DNA of 64,000 nucleotides, from the NCBI GenBank assembly GCA_963675665.1, contig OY776510.1:2944001-3008000 (forward strand), in the 5' to 3' direction. Under the pieces are notes generated by a model, which searched no databases, had not been told where the DNA came from, and worked only from the letters and a program-made list of their open reading frames with translations. The translations under genes were made by a program, and so were the position numbers. Below are positions 41,011-51,395 of this stretch, piece after piece (position 1 is the first letter of the stretch; every line of letters begins with the position of its first letter). The DNA is from Spirochaetia bacterium (GTDB lineage: Bacteria; Spirochaetota; Spirochaetia; UBA9216).

Positions 41011-41481
41011 ATGAAAAAAGCCATAATCAGTCTGATAATAATTAGTCTTGCTGTATTCATTTTCGGATGCGACCTTCTGGGCGCCGGCTGGTTTCTGCCT
41101 GATTTTATGGGATCCTGGGCAATCGAAGAAGTAACTACGGATCCTCTCCCGATGACGTCAAGAATGCTCTGGAGTTTTGCAAGGGAAGAATGGGAACTGT
41201 GGTATCAATTCAAGTATGAAGATGAAGACTGGCAGAGTATGGGCGCAAACCGTGGAACGCTTACATCGGAAGGCGGTACAATAACGATGACGCTTACCCA
41301 TGAAAAAATTGTCGACCCGGAAACCTGGCTAATAGCCGACGATACTGAATGGACAGCCGTTGAGGATGCAGGTTCGGCAGCGGTTATAACCTGGTCAGTT
41401 GCCGGAGATGAATTAACAATTACGGATTCGGACGGAGAAAAAACCGTATTAACCCGGGTAACAGACACTGAGGCTGAGTAA
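41011..41481 (+). CDS. Small acidic lipoprotein (lipocalin-like beta protein)
   Basis: Lipobox IFGC; GSW...TWSVAGDELTITD. Confidence 0.78.
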   Translation: MKKAIISLIIISLAVFIFGCDLLGAGWFLPDFMGSWAIEEVTTDPLPMTSRMLWSFAREEWELWYQFKYEDEDWQSMGANRGTLTSEGGTITMTLTHEKIVDPETWLIADDTEWTAVEDAGSAAVITWSVAGDELTITDSDGEKTVLTRVTDTEAE

Positions 41482-41562
41482 TATAATAAGAAAAAATGTT
41501 GAATTTTACTCTTTAAAGTGTAATACTTTGTAACACAATAAACATACACTTAAGGAGTAAAC

Positions 41563-41985
41563 ATGAAAAAATTTATTGTTGCGCTTGTTGTTCTGATTGC
41601 CGTTTTTGGCATGACATCATGCAGTCTTGTAAACGGTCTTTTCTATCCGTATATCGGGACCTGGGAGAATGCAGACGACGGCGGAAAGATTACAATCATT
41701 CTTGAAAAAGACAGTTATGAAATGATTATGCAGTACGAAGATGCAGACGGCAGCTTCGTAAACTATTCAGCTGTAAGAGGCGAACTGGTTGTTGAGAGTG
41801 ATACAATGATTATGTACACGGACGAATACAGGGAAGCAGATGACGACGGAGTTTTTCCGGACGAATGGACTGAGGCAGAAGGCCTTATGGCTCTTCCCCA
41901 GACCGGAACATGGGTTGTTGAAGGAGATACTCTGACTTTTACCGACACAGACAGCGAAGATATAGTTTTTACGGAAGTAAAGTAA
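41563..41985 (+). CDS. Small acidic lipoprotein, paralog of the upstream gene
   Basis: Lipobox MTSC; GTW...TWVVEGDTLTFTD. Confidence 0.78.
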   Translation: MKKFIVALVVLIAVFGMTSCSLVNGLFYPYIGTWENADDGGKITIILEKDSYEMIMQYEDADGSFVNYSAVRGELVVESDTMIMYTDEYREADDDGVFPDEWTEAEGLMALPQTGTWVVEGDTLTFTDTDSEDIVFTEVK

Positions 41986-42000
41986 ATCAATTTCAGCTTA

Positions 42001-42043
42001 AAAAAAAGATGTCCGAACCGAAAGGCGGCGGACATCTTTTTTT
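42001..42043. terminator. Bidirectional intrinsic terminator
   Basis: A-run-GATGTCCG...CGGACATC-T-run between convergent genes. Confidence 0.8.
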
Positions 42044-42063
42044 ATTCAATCAGCTATAATGTT

Positions 42064-43719
42064 TTATTCATGTTCAAGTTTTAAAGTTAAAGTCGGAGCA
42101 TTGCAGACTTCGTCCGGACCGTAATACTGGATAGCTCCCGGAAACCTGAAGCTTGTCTTTATTGCCCATTCAGCCCTTTTGGCAGCGAAGGCCTTAAACG
42201 GGGCTCCGTCCAGTTCAACCAGCGCTTTCTTTATAACCGGTTTGTTCTTTCCATGCCTTACTTCAAGGTTCATCATCATGGTTACCGGGATTCCTCCGGC
42301 AATCCATTCGGAAGCCGGTTTAGAAAGATTTTTTACCGAAGACATATAACCTGTAAGGCCGTTGGCTATCAGCGTAAAAGCAGTATAACCGAGCACATAG
42401 CAGTAATCAGCGTCGAAGTTGGACGGGAAGGCGCAACGTCCCTCATATCCGAAGAAGTGGTGCTGATGGCTGAAACTGCCCTTGAATTTCCCTTCGCTTT
42501 TAAGCTCTTTCAGTTTATTCTCGACCATTTCAATAAGCAGTATTTCCGTTTCTATTCTGGATACCTGTACGTTTCCATGCGGGTCCCTGTCCATCAGAAG
42601 CTGACGCTGAATATTGTTGGGTAGAGATGAAAATACGTAGGATGAGTCTTTTGAAAGGTTCTTGTTTATCCACTCGGACTGTTCCTCGAAAGTATTGAGA
42701 GTATTATAGTATGCAGCTTTTTCAGCAAGCAGATCATTAAGTTCGCTGATGAGAGCGCCCATTTCAGGAATGAACTCGATCAGCCCTTCCGGAACAAGAA
42801 CTACGCCGAAGTTTTCGCCGTTCTCGGAACGTTTTACAACTACATCAGACAGGTCTTCAACAATTTCGTTGAGACTGGTTTTTTTGGTCTCGACTTCTTC
42901 CGAAATGATTGTATAGCTGGGCTGTGTCTGAAGGGCACATTCAAGTCCGATGTGAGATGCCGAACGTCCCATCAGCTTGATAAAGTGCCAGTATTTTTTG
43001 GCCGAGTTGGCATCGCGTTCTATATTTCCGATAAGTTCCGAATATGTTTTTGTTGCAGTATCGAAACCGAAAGAAGCTTCGATATGCTCGTTTTTAAGGT
43101 CCCCGTCGATTGTCTTTGGACATCCTATAACCTGAACCCCGGCGTCTTTGCCTGCAAAATATTCGGCAAGCATTGCAGCGTTTGTGTTTGAATCGTCTCC
43201 GCCGATAATTACTATCGCTGTAATATTATTCTTTTTGCATACTTCAAGGCTTGTATCAAACTGTTCACTGGTTTCAAGTTTGGTTCGGCCTGAGCCGATG
43301 ATATCGAAACCTCCGGTATTGCGGTAATCGTCAAGATAGCCGGCGGTGATTTCAATCTTTTTATCTTCAACAAGGCCGGACGGTCCGCCAAGAAAGCCGT
43401 AAAGTTTTGATTCGGGATTACCCGCCTTGATACCGTCAAAAAGTCCTGCAATAACATTATGTCCGCCGGGGGCCTGGCCGCCGGAAAGAACAACGCCGAC
43501 ATTAATTTTTTTGCCGGCACCGGCGTTTGCAGCTTCAACAAGTTTCGCAATCGGCATGCCGTAGGTTTTGGGGAAAATCTGTTTGAGTTCATTCCGGTCG
43601 GATACCGACTCAGTTGCTTTTCCTTTTTCAATACTGATACTTCCGACATCTTTTTTTAGAATTTCAGGAAGATGCGGTTTGTAGTTATAACGATCTTTTT
43701 GAAGAGGTGATAGATTCAT
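42064..43719 (-). CDS. pfp: Pyrophosphate-dependent phosphofructokinase
   Basis: [13 protein letters not shown] (PPi-type Asp), PKTIDGD, MGR, GYEGR; long-clade size. Confidence 0.95.
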   Translation of the reverse strand: MNLSPLQKDRYNYKPHLPEILKKDVGSISIEKGKATESVSDRNELKQIFPKTYGMPIAKLVEAANAGAGKKINVGVVLSGGQAPGGHNVIAGLFDGIKAGNPESKLYGFLGGPSGLVEDKKIEITAGYLDDYRNTGGFDIIGSGRTKLETSEQFDTSLEVCKKNNITAIVIIGGDDSNTNAAMLAEYFAGKDAGVQVIGCPKTIDGDLKNEHIEASFGFDTATKTYSELIGNIERDANSAKKYWHFIKLMGRSASHIGLECALQTQPSYTIISEEVETKKTSLNEIVEDLSDVVVKRSENGENFGVVLVPEGLIEFIPEMGALISELNDLLAEKAAYYNTLNTFEEQSEWINKNLSKDSSYVFSSLPNNIQRQLLMDRDPHGNVQVSRIETEILLIEMVENKLKELKSEGKFKGSFSHQHHFFGYEGRCAFPSNFDADYCYVLGYTAFTLIANGLTGYMSSVKNLSKPASEWIAGGIPVTMMMNLEVRHGKNKPVIKKALVELDGAPFKAFAAKRAEWAIKTSFRFPGAIQYYGPDEVCNAPTLTLKLEHE

Positions 43720-43890
43720 ATTACTTATTCTCCTTTGAATTGGCTTAGGGTAACTCTAATAACCCTAAATTAGTGTTATTCCTTTCTAAACTCAATATAT
43801 AAAAAAAACAGGAATAGCACAAGATTGCATTAATAAGATAATTTTGTAAAAAAGGTGGAAATATGTGCCGTTTTATTGTAGCCTGAAAAT

Positions 43891-45099
43891 ATGGCTGTAT
43901 TTAAAATGAAAAACCGGATACAAAATTATGCCTGGGGTTCGACAACTGCGATTCCGGAACTTCTGGGTTTTGAAAATGATGAAAAAAAACCGATGGCGGA
44001 ATTATGGATGGGCGCCCATCCCAAAGCTCCGTCGATAGCAGTAGGTTCCGACGGAGATGAAACCGCGCTTAACCGGCTAATATCAGAATCTCCGGTTGAT
44101 TTTCTCGGCCCTGAGGCAGAGGAACGTTTTGAAGGACGGCTGCCTTATTTGTTCAAGGTGCTTGCCGCCGGAACTCCGCTTTCAATTCAGGCCCACCCAA
44201 ATCGTAAGCAGGCAAGGGCGGGCTTTAACCGTGAAAATGATGCCGGAATTGCTTTGGATGCATTTGAACGCAATTACAAGGATGATAATCATAAACCTGA
44301 AATAATCTGTGCTCTGAGTGAATATCATGCAATGCGGGGATTCAGGCCGGTTGAAGAGATTGCGTCCAATTTCAGGAAAATTGCTATTCCGGATATTGAA
44401 GATGCGGTAGCATTACTTGAAGCTGCTTCGGATATTAAAAATGCTCTGCAGACATTTTTCACAATGATGATGAAGCTGTCCGACGCATCGCGTTTAAAAC
44501 TTATAAGCAACGCTCTCGCGCTATGTAACGACAATGATGAAAAGCTTCCGGGAAGCCGCTGGATCCGGAGGCTGTCGGAGCTATATCCGGGAGACATTGG
44601 AATAGTCAGTCCTCTGTACCTGAATGTTGTAACGCTTCAGCCCGGTGAGGCAATGTATCTGCCGGCCGGTGTTCTGCACGCATATCTCGAAGGGTTTGGA
44701 ATGGAGCTGATGGCAAACTCGGATAATGTGCTCCGGGGCGGACTGACGCCGAAGCATGTTGATGTGTCCGAGCTGCTTGCAACGCTTGATTTTCGCCCCG
44801 GGAAGCCTGAAATACTTCGGCCCGAAAAGATCTCCGAATATGAATCGGCATACAAAACTGAAGCGCGGGAGTTTTATCTTTCACGGATTGAACTCCATGG
44901 AAACAGTTACAGTATTCCGAAGCAGGTTTACGGCCCCGGGTTTCCGTCAATCTTTATCTGTCTTGAAGGCTGTATTGATATTACCGACGGAAACAGCATT
45001 GTTTCCATGAAGCGGGGCGAAACCGTATTCGTATCATTCGGCAGCCGTCCGACTCTGAACGGCACCGGGATACTGTTCAGGGCTTCAGTTCCGGAATAG
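43891..45099 (+). CDS. manA: Mannose-6-phosphate isomerase, class I
   Basis: YAWG, ELWMGAHP, LSIQAHP, HKPE, HAY, SDNVLRGGLTPK. Confidence 0.95.
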   Translation: MAVFKMKNRIQNYAWGSTTAIPELLGFENDEKKPMAELWMGAHPKAPSIAVGSDGDETALNRLISESPVDFLGPEAEERFEGRLPYLFKVLAAGTPLSIQAHPNRKQARAGFNRENDAGIALDAFERNYKDDNHKPEIICALSEYHAMRGFRPVEEIASNFRKIAIPDIEDAVALLEAASDIKNALQTFFTMMMKLSDASRLKLISNALALCNDNDEKLPGSRWIRRLSELYPGDIGIVSPLYLNVVTLQPGEAMYLPAGVLHAYLEGFGMELMANSDNVLRGGLTPKHVDVSELLATLDFRPGKPEILRPEKISEYESAYKTEAREFYLSRIELHGNSYSIPKQVYGPGFPSIFICLEGCIDITDGNSIVSMKRGETVFVSFGSRPTLNGTGILFRASVPE

Positions 45100-45102
45100 C
45101 AG

Positions 45103-45561
45103 ATGAAGATATATATTGATGCGGATTCCTGCCCCCAGTCAGTCAGGGAAATAATCGCCAGAGCGGCGGTCAGACGCGGAGTGAATGCTGTCTATGTTGC
45201 CAACCATAACATCCCGATTCCTGAAGACAGGTTGTTAAGTATGGTGATTGTTGAGAAGGGAGAGGGGGTTGCCGACCGGTATATCATTGACCAGTCCGAA
45301 GCCTGCGATCTGGCAGTAACCCGGGATATTCCGCTTGCGGCTGAACTGGTTGAAAAGGGTCTTACTGTTATCAATGACCGCGGCGACCACTTTACAACCG
45401 AAAATATTCGCGAAAGGCTGTCCATACGTGATCTGATGAAAGGTTTTCGGGAATCCGGTATAATGCCTGATGGAGAACGCAGTTTTGGTCCCAAAGAGGT
45501 TCAGAAGTTTGCAGCGGTCTTTGATCGGGAATTGACAAAAATATTAAAAAAACAACATTGA
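45103..45561 (+). CDS. YaiI/YqxD (DUF188) family protein
   Basis: IDADSCP, AD..I, TRDIPLA. Confidence 0.88.
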   Translation: MKIYIDADSCPQSVREIIARAAVRRGVNAVYVANHNIPIPEDRLLSMVIVEKGEGVADRYIIDQSEACDLAVTRDIPLAAELVEKGLTVINDRGDHFTTENIRERLSIRDLMKGFRESGIMPDGERSFGPKEVQKFAAVFDRELTKILKKQH

Positions 45562-45568
45562 AGTCCGT

Positions 45569-46966
45569 TTAAAAATCGGCGCTGTGAACAGTTCTCGGAA
45601 ACGGTATAACGTCGCGTATATTCTGCATTCCGGTCATATACTGAATAAGACGTTCAAACCCAAGGCCGAAGCCAGAATGCGGGACCGAGCCGTAGCGGCG
45701 CAGGTCGAGATACCACCAGTAGTCTTCCGCTGTAAGCCCCATGTCTTCAATCCGTTTCGTCAGTTTTTCGAGACTGTCTTCGCGCTGGCTGCCGCCTATG
45801 ATTTCACCGAGTCTGGGGACAAGCACGTCCATGGCCCGCACGGTTTTTTCATCGTCGTTCATTTTCATATAGAACGCTTTTATGTCCTTCGGGTAATCAG
45901 TGACGATTACCGGGCCCCTGAAAACTGTTTCTGTCAGATACTTCTCGTGTTCAGACTGAAGATCCACACCCCAGGACGGTTTGAATTCAAAACCGGAGGT
46001 GTTCTTTTCAAGTTCCTTCATTGCATCTGTATAGCTGACCCGATGAAATTCCGAATTAACGACGGAAACAAGAGAATCTATTATTCCTTTTTCGATAAAT
46101 TTATTAAAAAGTTCCATATCTTCGGTGCAATTATCAAGCACATAGCCTATTACGTATTTAATAAAGGATTCGGCTACATCCATGTTTCCGTCAAGAGCGC
46201 AAAAAGCCATTTCCGGTTCAATCATCCAGAATTCGGCAAGATGGCGCGCAGTGTTGGAATTCTCAGCCCTGAAAGTAGGACCGAAAGTATAAACGTTTGA
46301 ATGGGAAAGAGCGTATATTTCAGCTTCAAGCTGGCCGCTTACCGTCAGCGAAGCTCTTTTGCCGAAAAAATCCCTGCTGTAGTCAACTGCCCCGTTTTCT
46401 CTGGGAATTTCATTAAGGTCGAGAGTTGTTACCTGGAACATCTCGCCGGCGCCCTCGCAGTCGCTTGCGGATATTATAGGGGTATGGATATAGTAAAACC
46501 CGTTTTCCTGGAAAAACTTGTGAACAGCATAACTTGCCGTGCTTCTTACCCTTGTAACAGCGCCGAGAGCATTGGTTCTGGGTCGGAGATGTGCAATTTC
46601 ACGCAGAAACTCAAAGCTGTGCCGCTTTTTCTGAAGCGGGTAACTGTCGGCAGGAGCTTCACCAAGCAGTCGAATTTCGTTAGCCTGAAGCTCAACCGAC
46701 TGGTTTTGCCCCGGCGATTCGGCAAGAATCCCGTCGACTTCAATGCCCGCCCCGGTTGAAAGTTTCTGCAGAAGATCTTCCGGATTATATTTTTCCTTGT
46801 CGATGATTACCTGAAGGTTTTTCAGGCATGACCCGTCTGAAAGTTCGAAAAAACAGACGTTCTTTGAATCACGCTTTGTTCTTATCCATCCGCAAACTGT
46901 TTTTGATTTGTTGTCGGGATTCATTAGCAGTATTTCTTTTATTGACGGTCTCATGTTATACTCCAA
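45569..46966 (-). CDS. asnS: Asparaginyl-tRNA synthetase
   Basis: [34 protein letters not shown]. Confidence 0.97.
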   Translation of the reverse strand: MEYNMRPSIKEILLMNPDNKSKTVCGWIRTKRDSKNVCFFELSDGSCLKNLQVIIDKEKYNPEDLLQKLSTGAGIEVDGILAESPGQNQSVELQANEIRLLGEAPADSYPLQKKRHSFEFLREIAHLRPRTNALGAVTRVRSTASYAVHKFFQENGFYYIHTPIISASDCEGAGEMFQVTTLDLNEIPRENGAVDYSRDFFGKRASLTVSGQLEAEIYALSHSNVYTFGPTFRAENSNTARHLAEFWMIEPEMAFCALDGNMDVAESFIKYVIGYVLDNCTEDMELFNKFIEKGIIDSLVSVVNSEFHRVSYTDAMKELEKNTSGFEFKPSWGVDLQSEHEKYLTETVFRGPVIVTDYPKDIKAFYMKMNDDEKTVRAMDVLVPRLGEIIGGSQREDSLEKLTKRIEDMGLTAEDYWWYLDLRRYGSVPHSGFGLGFERLIQYMTGMQNIRDVIPFPRTVHSADF

Positions 46967-46974
46967 AAAAATTA

Positions 46975-47035
46975 CTGTCGTGGACGGCAGCCGCTGAATA
47001 AGAGAATAAGCACAAGGATGTATTTATTCTCTTAT
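46975..47035 (+). other. Two hairpins with GGA-containing loops
   Basis: CTGTC-GTGGAC-GGCAG and ATAAGAGAATAAGCAC-AAGGAT-GTATTTATTCTCTTAT. Confidence 0.65.
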
Positions 47036-47087
47036 ATGTAGTAACATAGTTAAGGCGCTAAGTCAAACTTAACATACTTGCGGGAGA

Positions 47088-47432
47088 TTGATTTTGGGTA
47101 TACAGATAATCGGAACAAAAAAATGCAGAGAAACACAGAAAACCGAACGGTACTTCAGAGAAAGACAATACCAGTATCATTTTGTAGATCTCAGTCAAAG
47201 GGCGCTCAGCATCGGGGAGCTTAAATCAATAACAGCGGCAATAGGCGTTGATGAATTGATTGACACTGAATCAAAATTTTACAAAAAGAAGGGAATGGCT
47301 TATATGGAATTTGATCCTCTCGAAGAGCTTGAAGAGCACCCCGAGCTGATGAAAACTCCGGTTGTCAGAAACGGCAGCAAAGCCGTCCTTGGATTTCGCC
47401 CTGATCAATGGGAAGATCTGATGGGAGATTAA
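47088..47432 (+). CDS. ArsC/Spx-like thioredoxin-fold protein
   Basis: GTKKCRET.K..RYF, P.LMKTPVV. Confidence 0.85.
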   Translation: MILGIQIIGTKKCRETQKTERYFRERQYQYHFVDLSQRALSIGELKSITAAIGVDELIDTESKFYKKKGMAYMEFDPLEELEEHPELMKTPVVRNGSKAVLGFRPDQWEDLMGD

Positions 47433-47436
47433 TGCA

Positions 47437-48702
47437 GTGATAGAAATTGAATCTGAAATCGGAAATCTGCAGAAGGTTATTATTCATTCTCCGGGCCGCG
47501 AAATTCAGGACATGACTCCTGAAATGGCCGAAAAGCTTCTGTACAATGATATTATTCCTCTGTCTGTTGTCAGCCGTGAACACGACAATTTTAAAAGAAT
47601 TCTTAAGCGCGTTTCCGAGGTTTATGAATATGTCGATCTTATGAATGAGGTTTTTTCGGATGATTCAACAAGAAATAATTTTATTGACAGACTTGTAAGA
47701 ATAGCAGATATTAAAGACCGGCAGAGCGAGCTTAAGGATATGACTCCTGCTGATTTAACCGGATGCCTGATTACCGGTTTGCCGCAGAAAAAGAACAGCC
47801 TTGAAAAATACCTTTCAAAAATTGTCTATGATATTAACCCGCTGCCGAATTTTTATTTTACGCGTGATGCCGCCATGGTTTTCGGCTCGAAGGTTACAAC
47901 CGGCTGTATGGCCAACTCCGTCAGACAGCCGGAAGCCGAGATAGCGGCGGCTGTTTTTTCTTCACACCCGGCTCTTGAAAACGACGGTTTTCTTCTGGCC
48001 GGTCATGAAGCTTCTGCCGAGAGAATCCCCGGTTTCCGTATAGAAGGCGGCGATTTTATAGTTTTATCCGGCAGCCATCTGGTTATTGGTTGTTCCGAGC
48101 GTACAAGCGCATCTGCAATTGATGCTGTAGCAAGACGCGCGGCAGCTTCGATGGGTGAGAATGTTTCATTTGACGGACGGATTGTAATCTTTGCGGTCAT
48201 TCTTCCGTACGAGAGGGCTACAATTCACCTGGATATGATCTTTACCCTGATCAACCGCGGAGAAGCTATGGTTTATGAACCGTATATCTGCGGCTGCAAC
48301 AGGCTGAAAGTTGTTAAATATGAGCTTATAGAAGGAAAAGAACCTGTTCTAACCGAAGTTCCGGATTTGCTGAAAGCATTAAGCAGCGAAGGGTTTGATC
48401 TCAGGCCGGTTTATTGCGGCAACGCTGATCCTGTTCAGCAACAGCGGGAACAATGGCTCAGCGGTAATAATTTTTTCGCTATTGCGCCCGGCAAGATCAT
48501 CGGTTATGCATGCAATAACTATACAATGGACGCTCTTTCCGGCGCCGGTTATGATATTAAAACGGATGCGGATTTTTTAACAGGCGGAGATTCAATTGAT
48601 CGGTATGAAAAACTTGTGATCGGAATAAGCGGGGTTGAACTTGCCCGGGGCGGCGGCGGTGCAAGGTGTATGACATTGCCTGTAAAGCGGATGAAGATAT
48701 AA
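47437..48702 (+). CDS. arcA: Arginine deiminase
   Basis: SEIG.L..V, NFYFTRD, IEGGD, HLD, GGARCMT. Confidence 0.88.
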   Translation: MIEIESEIGNLQKVIIHSPGREIQDMTPEMAEKLLYNDIIPLSVVSREHDNFKRILKRVSEVYEYVDLMNEVFSDDSTRNNFIDRLVRIADIKDRQSELKDMTPADLTGCLITGLPQKKNSLEKYLSKIVYDINPLPNFYFTRDAAMVFGSKVTTGCMANSVRQPEAEIAAAVFSSHPALENDGFLLAGHEASAERIPGFRIEGGDFIVLSGSHLVIGCSERTSASAIDAVARRAAASMGENVSFDGRIVIFAVILPYERATIHLDMIFTLINRGEAMVYEPYICGCNRLKVVKYELIEGKEPVLTEVPDLLKALSSEGFDLRPVYCGNADPVQQQREQWLSGNNFFAIAPGKIIGYACNNYTMDALSGAGYDIKTDADFLTGGDSIDRYEKLVIGISGVELARGGGGARCMTLPVKRMKI

Positions 48703-48717
48703 GGACATCAGGATTAC

Positions 48718-49494
48718 ATGAAAACAGAAGGGTTAAGATACGCCGTCCTTGGAAGCGGGTCATCGGCTAATTCATATATATTCGATTACAACGGGTTTGC
48801 AATAATTATAGATAACGGATTTTCCTGCAAGCAGGCTGTTGAAAGGGCTTCAGCGCTTGGATTCGATACCGGAAATGTTAAGTATATTTTTTTGACGCAC
48901 TCGCATGACGATCATTTCAGGGGAATTGAAGTCCTTTCAAGAAAGCTTCAGGCGCCGGTTGTCATTCATGAGGAGCTTAATGTAAACCGCAAGCTCAGAA
49001 CTCATTTTTACAAGAGAAAAAATATTAAACCCGGTCCTTTTTACAATGAGGGTGATTTGAGGTTCAAAGCATTCCGGACATCGCATGATTCCGATTTTTC
49101 AATATCGTATCATTTTGAACTGGGGCAGGTTGTTTTTACAATAATTTCAGATACCGGAACCGTAAGCCGCGAGATGGTAGAACTTGCCGCCAAATCCGAT
49201 GTGCTTTTTCTTGAAGCAAACTATAACGAGAAAATGCTGCTTGAGGGCCCGTATCCGTTTTACCTGAAGCAGAGGATTGCTTCAGCCAGGGGGCATTTGT
49301 CGAATGCTGATGCAATGAAGTTTCTGAACGAAGCAGGGCTGAGGGAGGATTCACGGCTCAAGGAAGTTTATTTCTGCCATCTCTCATCAACCAATAATAC
49401 TCCGGATGTTCTTGCCGAAGATGCGGCTTCAATGCTTGAATGGAAAGGGAGCTGGGTAATCTGTCCCAAGGGAGAACCTGTTGCTTGCAATTAA
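48718..49494 (+). CDS. MBL-fold hydrolase (YycJ/WalJ-like)
   Basis: GSGSSANS, THSHDDH, SHD, DTG, EANY, GHLSN. Confidence 0.88.
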   Translation: MKTEGLRYAVLGSGSSANSYIFDYNGFAIIIDNGFSCKQAVERASALGFDTGNVKYIFLTHSHDDHFRGIEVLSRKLQAPVVIHEELNVNRKLRTHFYKRKNIKPGPFYNEGDLRFKAFRTSHDSDFSISYHFELGQVVFTIISDTGTVSREMVELAAKSDVLFLEANYNEKMLLEGPYPFYLKQRIASARGHLSNADAMKFLNEAGLREDSRLKEVYFCHLSSTNNTPDVLAEDAASMLEWKGSWVICPKGEPVACN

Positions 49495-49522
49495 GCGATA
49501 TAAAAGTTAATCTTTAATCAAT

Positions 49523-50563
49523 ATGAAGAATACAAACAACCTTAGAATCCTGACTGTGGAAAGAGCAATAACTCCACAGGAACTCAGAAACGAATTCCCG
49601 ATTTCAGACAACAGCAGTGAAACTGTTTACAACAGCAGAAGGATTATTAAAGATATAGTCGAAGGGCGTGATAAACGTTTTCTTGCTATAACCGGACCAT
49701 GCTCTATTCATGATGAAGTTGCAGCCCTGGAATATGCCGAGAGGCTTAATAAACTCAGAATAAAATATGAAGACCGCCTGTATATTGTAATGCGGGTATA
49801 TTTTGAGAAACCGCGAACAACTATCGGATGGCGGGGAATGATTATAGATCCCGATCTCGACGGCTCCTATAATATTAACAAGGGGCTGAAAAGAGCGAGG
49901 AGTCTTATGTCGAAAATAACCGAAATAGGAATGCCTACAGCAACCGAGGTGCTTGATCCTATTATTCCGCAATATATAGCTGATTTACTGAGCTGGGCAG
50001 CCGTAGGCGCCCGTACAACAGAGAGCCAGACCCATCGCAATATGGTCAGCGGATTGTCCATGCCGGTAGGATTCAAGAACGGAACCGACGGAAATGTTGA
50101 AAAGGCGATAAACGCCATTGAATCGGCAAGAAGTTCTCACAGTTTTCTTGGAATTGATGACGACGGCCGGACATGTATTTTAAGCACAGCCGGAAACGAA
50201 GCAACAAACCTTATCCTGCGCGGCGGTGATATCGGCCCCAATTACTATGAAGAAACAGTAGAAAATGCCGAAGAACTTTTTGAACGACAGGGAATGACAG
50301 CATCGATTGTAGTGGACTGCAGCCATGCAAATTCCGGTAAAAAACATCAGCGGCAATTCCGTGTGCTGCGTTCGGTTCTTGAACAGCGCCGGCGTCATCC
50401 TTCATTGATGGGCGTTATGATTGAAAGTAATCTGCTTTCGGGAAACCAGAAGATTCCGGCCGATATCAAAAACCTGGCATACGGTGTTTCTGTCACGGAT
50501 GAATGTGTAGGCTGGGATATTACCGAGCAGATGATGGATTATGCCTGGACTGAGTTGGGCTGA
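49523..50563 (+). CDS. DAHP synthase, class I-alpha (AroF/G/H family)
   Basis: GPCSIHD, KPRTT, GARTTESQ, DCSHANS. Confidence 0.95.
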   Translation: MKNTNNLRILTVERAITPQELRNEFPISDNSSETVYNSRRIIKDIVEGRDKRFLAITGPCSIHDEVAALEYAERLNKLRIKYEDRLYIVMRVYFEKPRTTIGWRGMIIDPDLDGSYNINKGLKRARSLMSKITEIGMPTATEVLDPIIPQYIADLLSWAAVGARTTESQTHRNMVSGLSMPVGFKNGTDGNVEKAINAIESARSSHSFLGIDDDGRTCILSTAGNEATNLILRGGDIGPNYYEETVENAEELFERQGMTASIVVDCSHANSGKKHQRQFRVLRSVLEQRRRHPSLMGVMIESNLLSGNQKIPADIKNLAYGVSVTDECVGWDITEQMMDYAWTELG

Positions 50564-50594
50564 AGATTTATAAATATTTAGGGAGATCTAAAAA

Positions 50595-51164
50595 ATGAAA
50601 AAGCTTTTACTGTTTCTTGCCGAAGGATTTGAAGAAGTTGAAGCTGTAACCCCGATTGATTTTATGAGAAGAGCAGGAATCGGGGTTGTAACCGTTGGAA
50701 TCGGGGTAAATCCGGTTTCAGGGGCACACGGTATTAAAATTGAAGCGGATATCGGGTTGTCGGATATTACTGATGCCGCGGCGGCCGCTGAAACATACGA
50801 CGGTCTTGTCTTTCCGGGAGGAATGCCCGGTGCTGAAAATATAGCCGCAGAAAAAATTGTTTCAGAGATGATCGAAGCTTTCAATGAGCAGAGTAAAATT
50901 ATTGCCGCAATCTGTGCCTCTCCCGGGGTAATCCTTGCCGGAACAAGCGTACTTGACGGCAGAAAAGCTACATGTTATCCGGGCTTTGAATCAAGATTTT
51001 CCAATTCAACACAGCCCTCTGATGAAAGAGTAGTTATTGACGGCAATATCATTACAAGCCGGGGGCCCGGCACGGCCGCGGAGTTTTCAATCGAGCTGAT
51101 AAGGCAGTTCGCCGGTGACAAAACTGCTAATCAAATCAGAACAGGCACTTTACAGAATGTATAA
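50595..51164 (+). CDS. DJ-1/ThiJ (YajL-like) protein
   Basis: GFEEVEA, PGG, AICASP, TSRGPGT. Confidence 0.92.
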   Translation: MKKLLLFLAEGFEEVEAVTPIDFMRRAGIGVVTVGIGVNPVSGAHGIKIEADIGLSDITDAAAAAETYDGLVFPGGMPGAENIAAEKIVSEMIEAFNEQSKIIAAICASPGVILAGTSVLDGRKATCYPGFESRFSNSTQPSDERVVIDGNIITSRGPGTAAEFSIELIRQFAGDKTANQIRTGTLQNV

Positions 51165-51291
51165 AAGATTTCTTGCCGCAATTGCATTTATTATTTTTGC
51201 ATCAGCACTTGTCTTCTTTTCAGCACGTGAACTGCCGCAGCAGGAAGTAACTGAAAAACCGGTAAAGACTGTAATAAGGCTTGCCAGGTAA
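51157..51291 (+). CDS. Putative 44-aa membrane-anchored small protein
   Basis: MYKRFLAAIAFIIFASALVFFSARELPQQEVTEKPVKTVIRLAR; overlaps the DJ-1 stop and lies before the terminator. Confidence 0.45.
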   Translation: MYKRFLAAIAFIIFASALVFFSARELPQQEVTEKPVKTVIRLAR

Positions 51292-51330
51292 CCCGGAAAA
51301 TAATTTGCGGGTCATATACCGCCTGGAAAT

Positions 51331-51371
51331 AAAAAAAGCCCGGAAGAATCATGATTCATCCGGGCTTTTTC
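51331..51371. terminator. Bidirectional intrinsic terminator
   Basis: AAAAAAAGCCCGGA...TCCGGGCTTTTT between convergent genes. Confidence 0.8.
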
Positions 51372-51395
51372 AGGTAAACTCAAAGCTGAGATTTA

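Noticed and set aside
45584-46759. Long + strand ORFs opposite asnS, and similar shadow ORFs at 6371-7115, 18827-19411 and 51435-51971
   Set aside because: They lie antisense to well-supported genes and have no motifs or RBS.
46967-47087. T-box riboswitch upstream of asnS (also checked for cysS)
   Set aside because: The leaders are too short and I see no T-box consensus or antiterminator.
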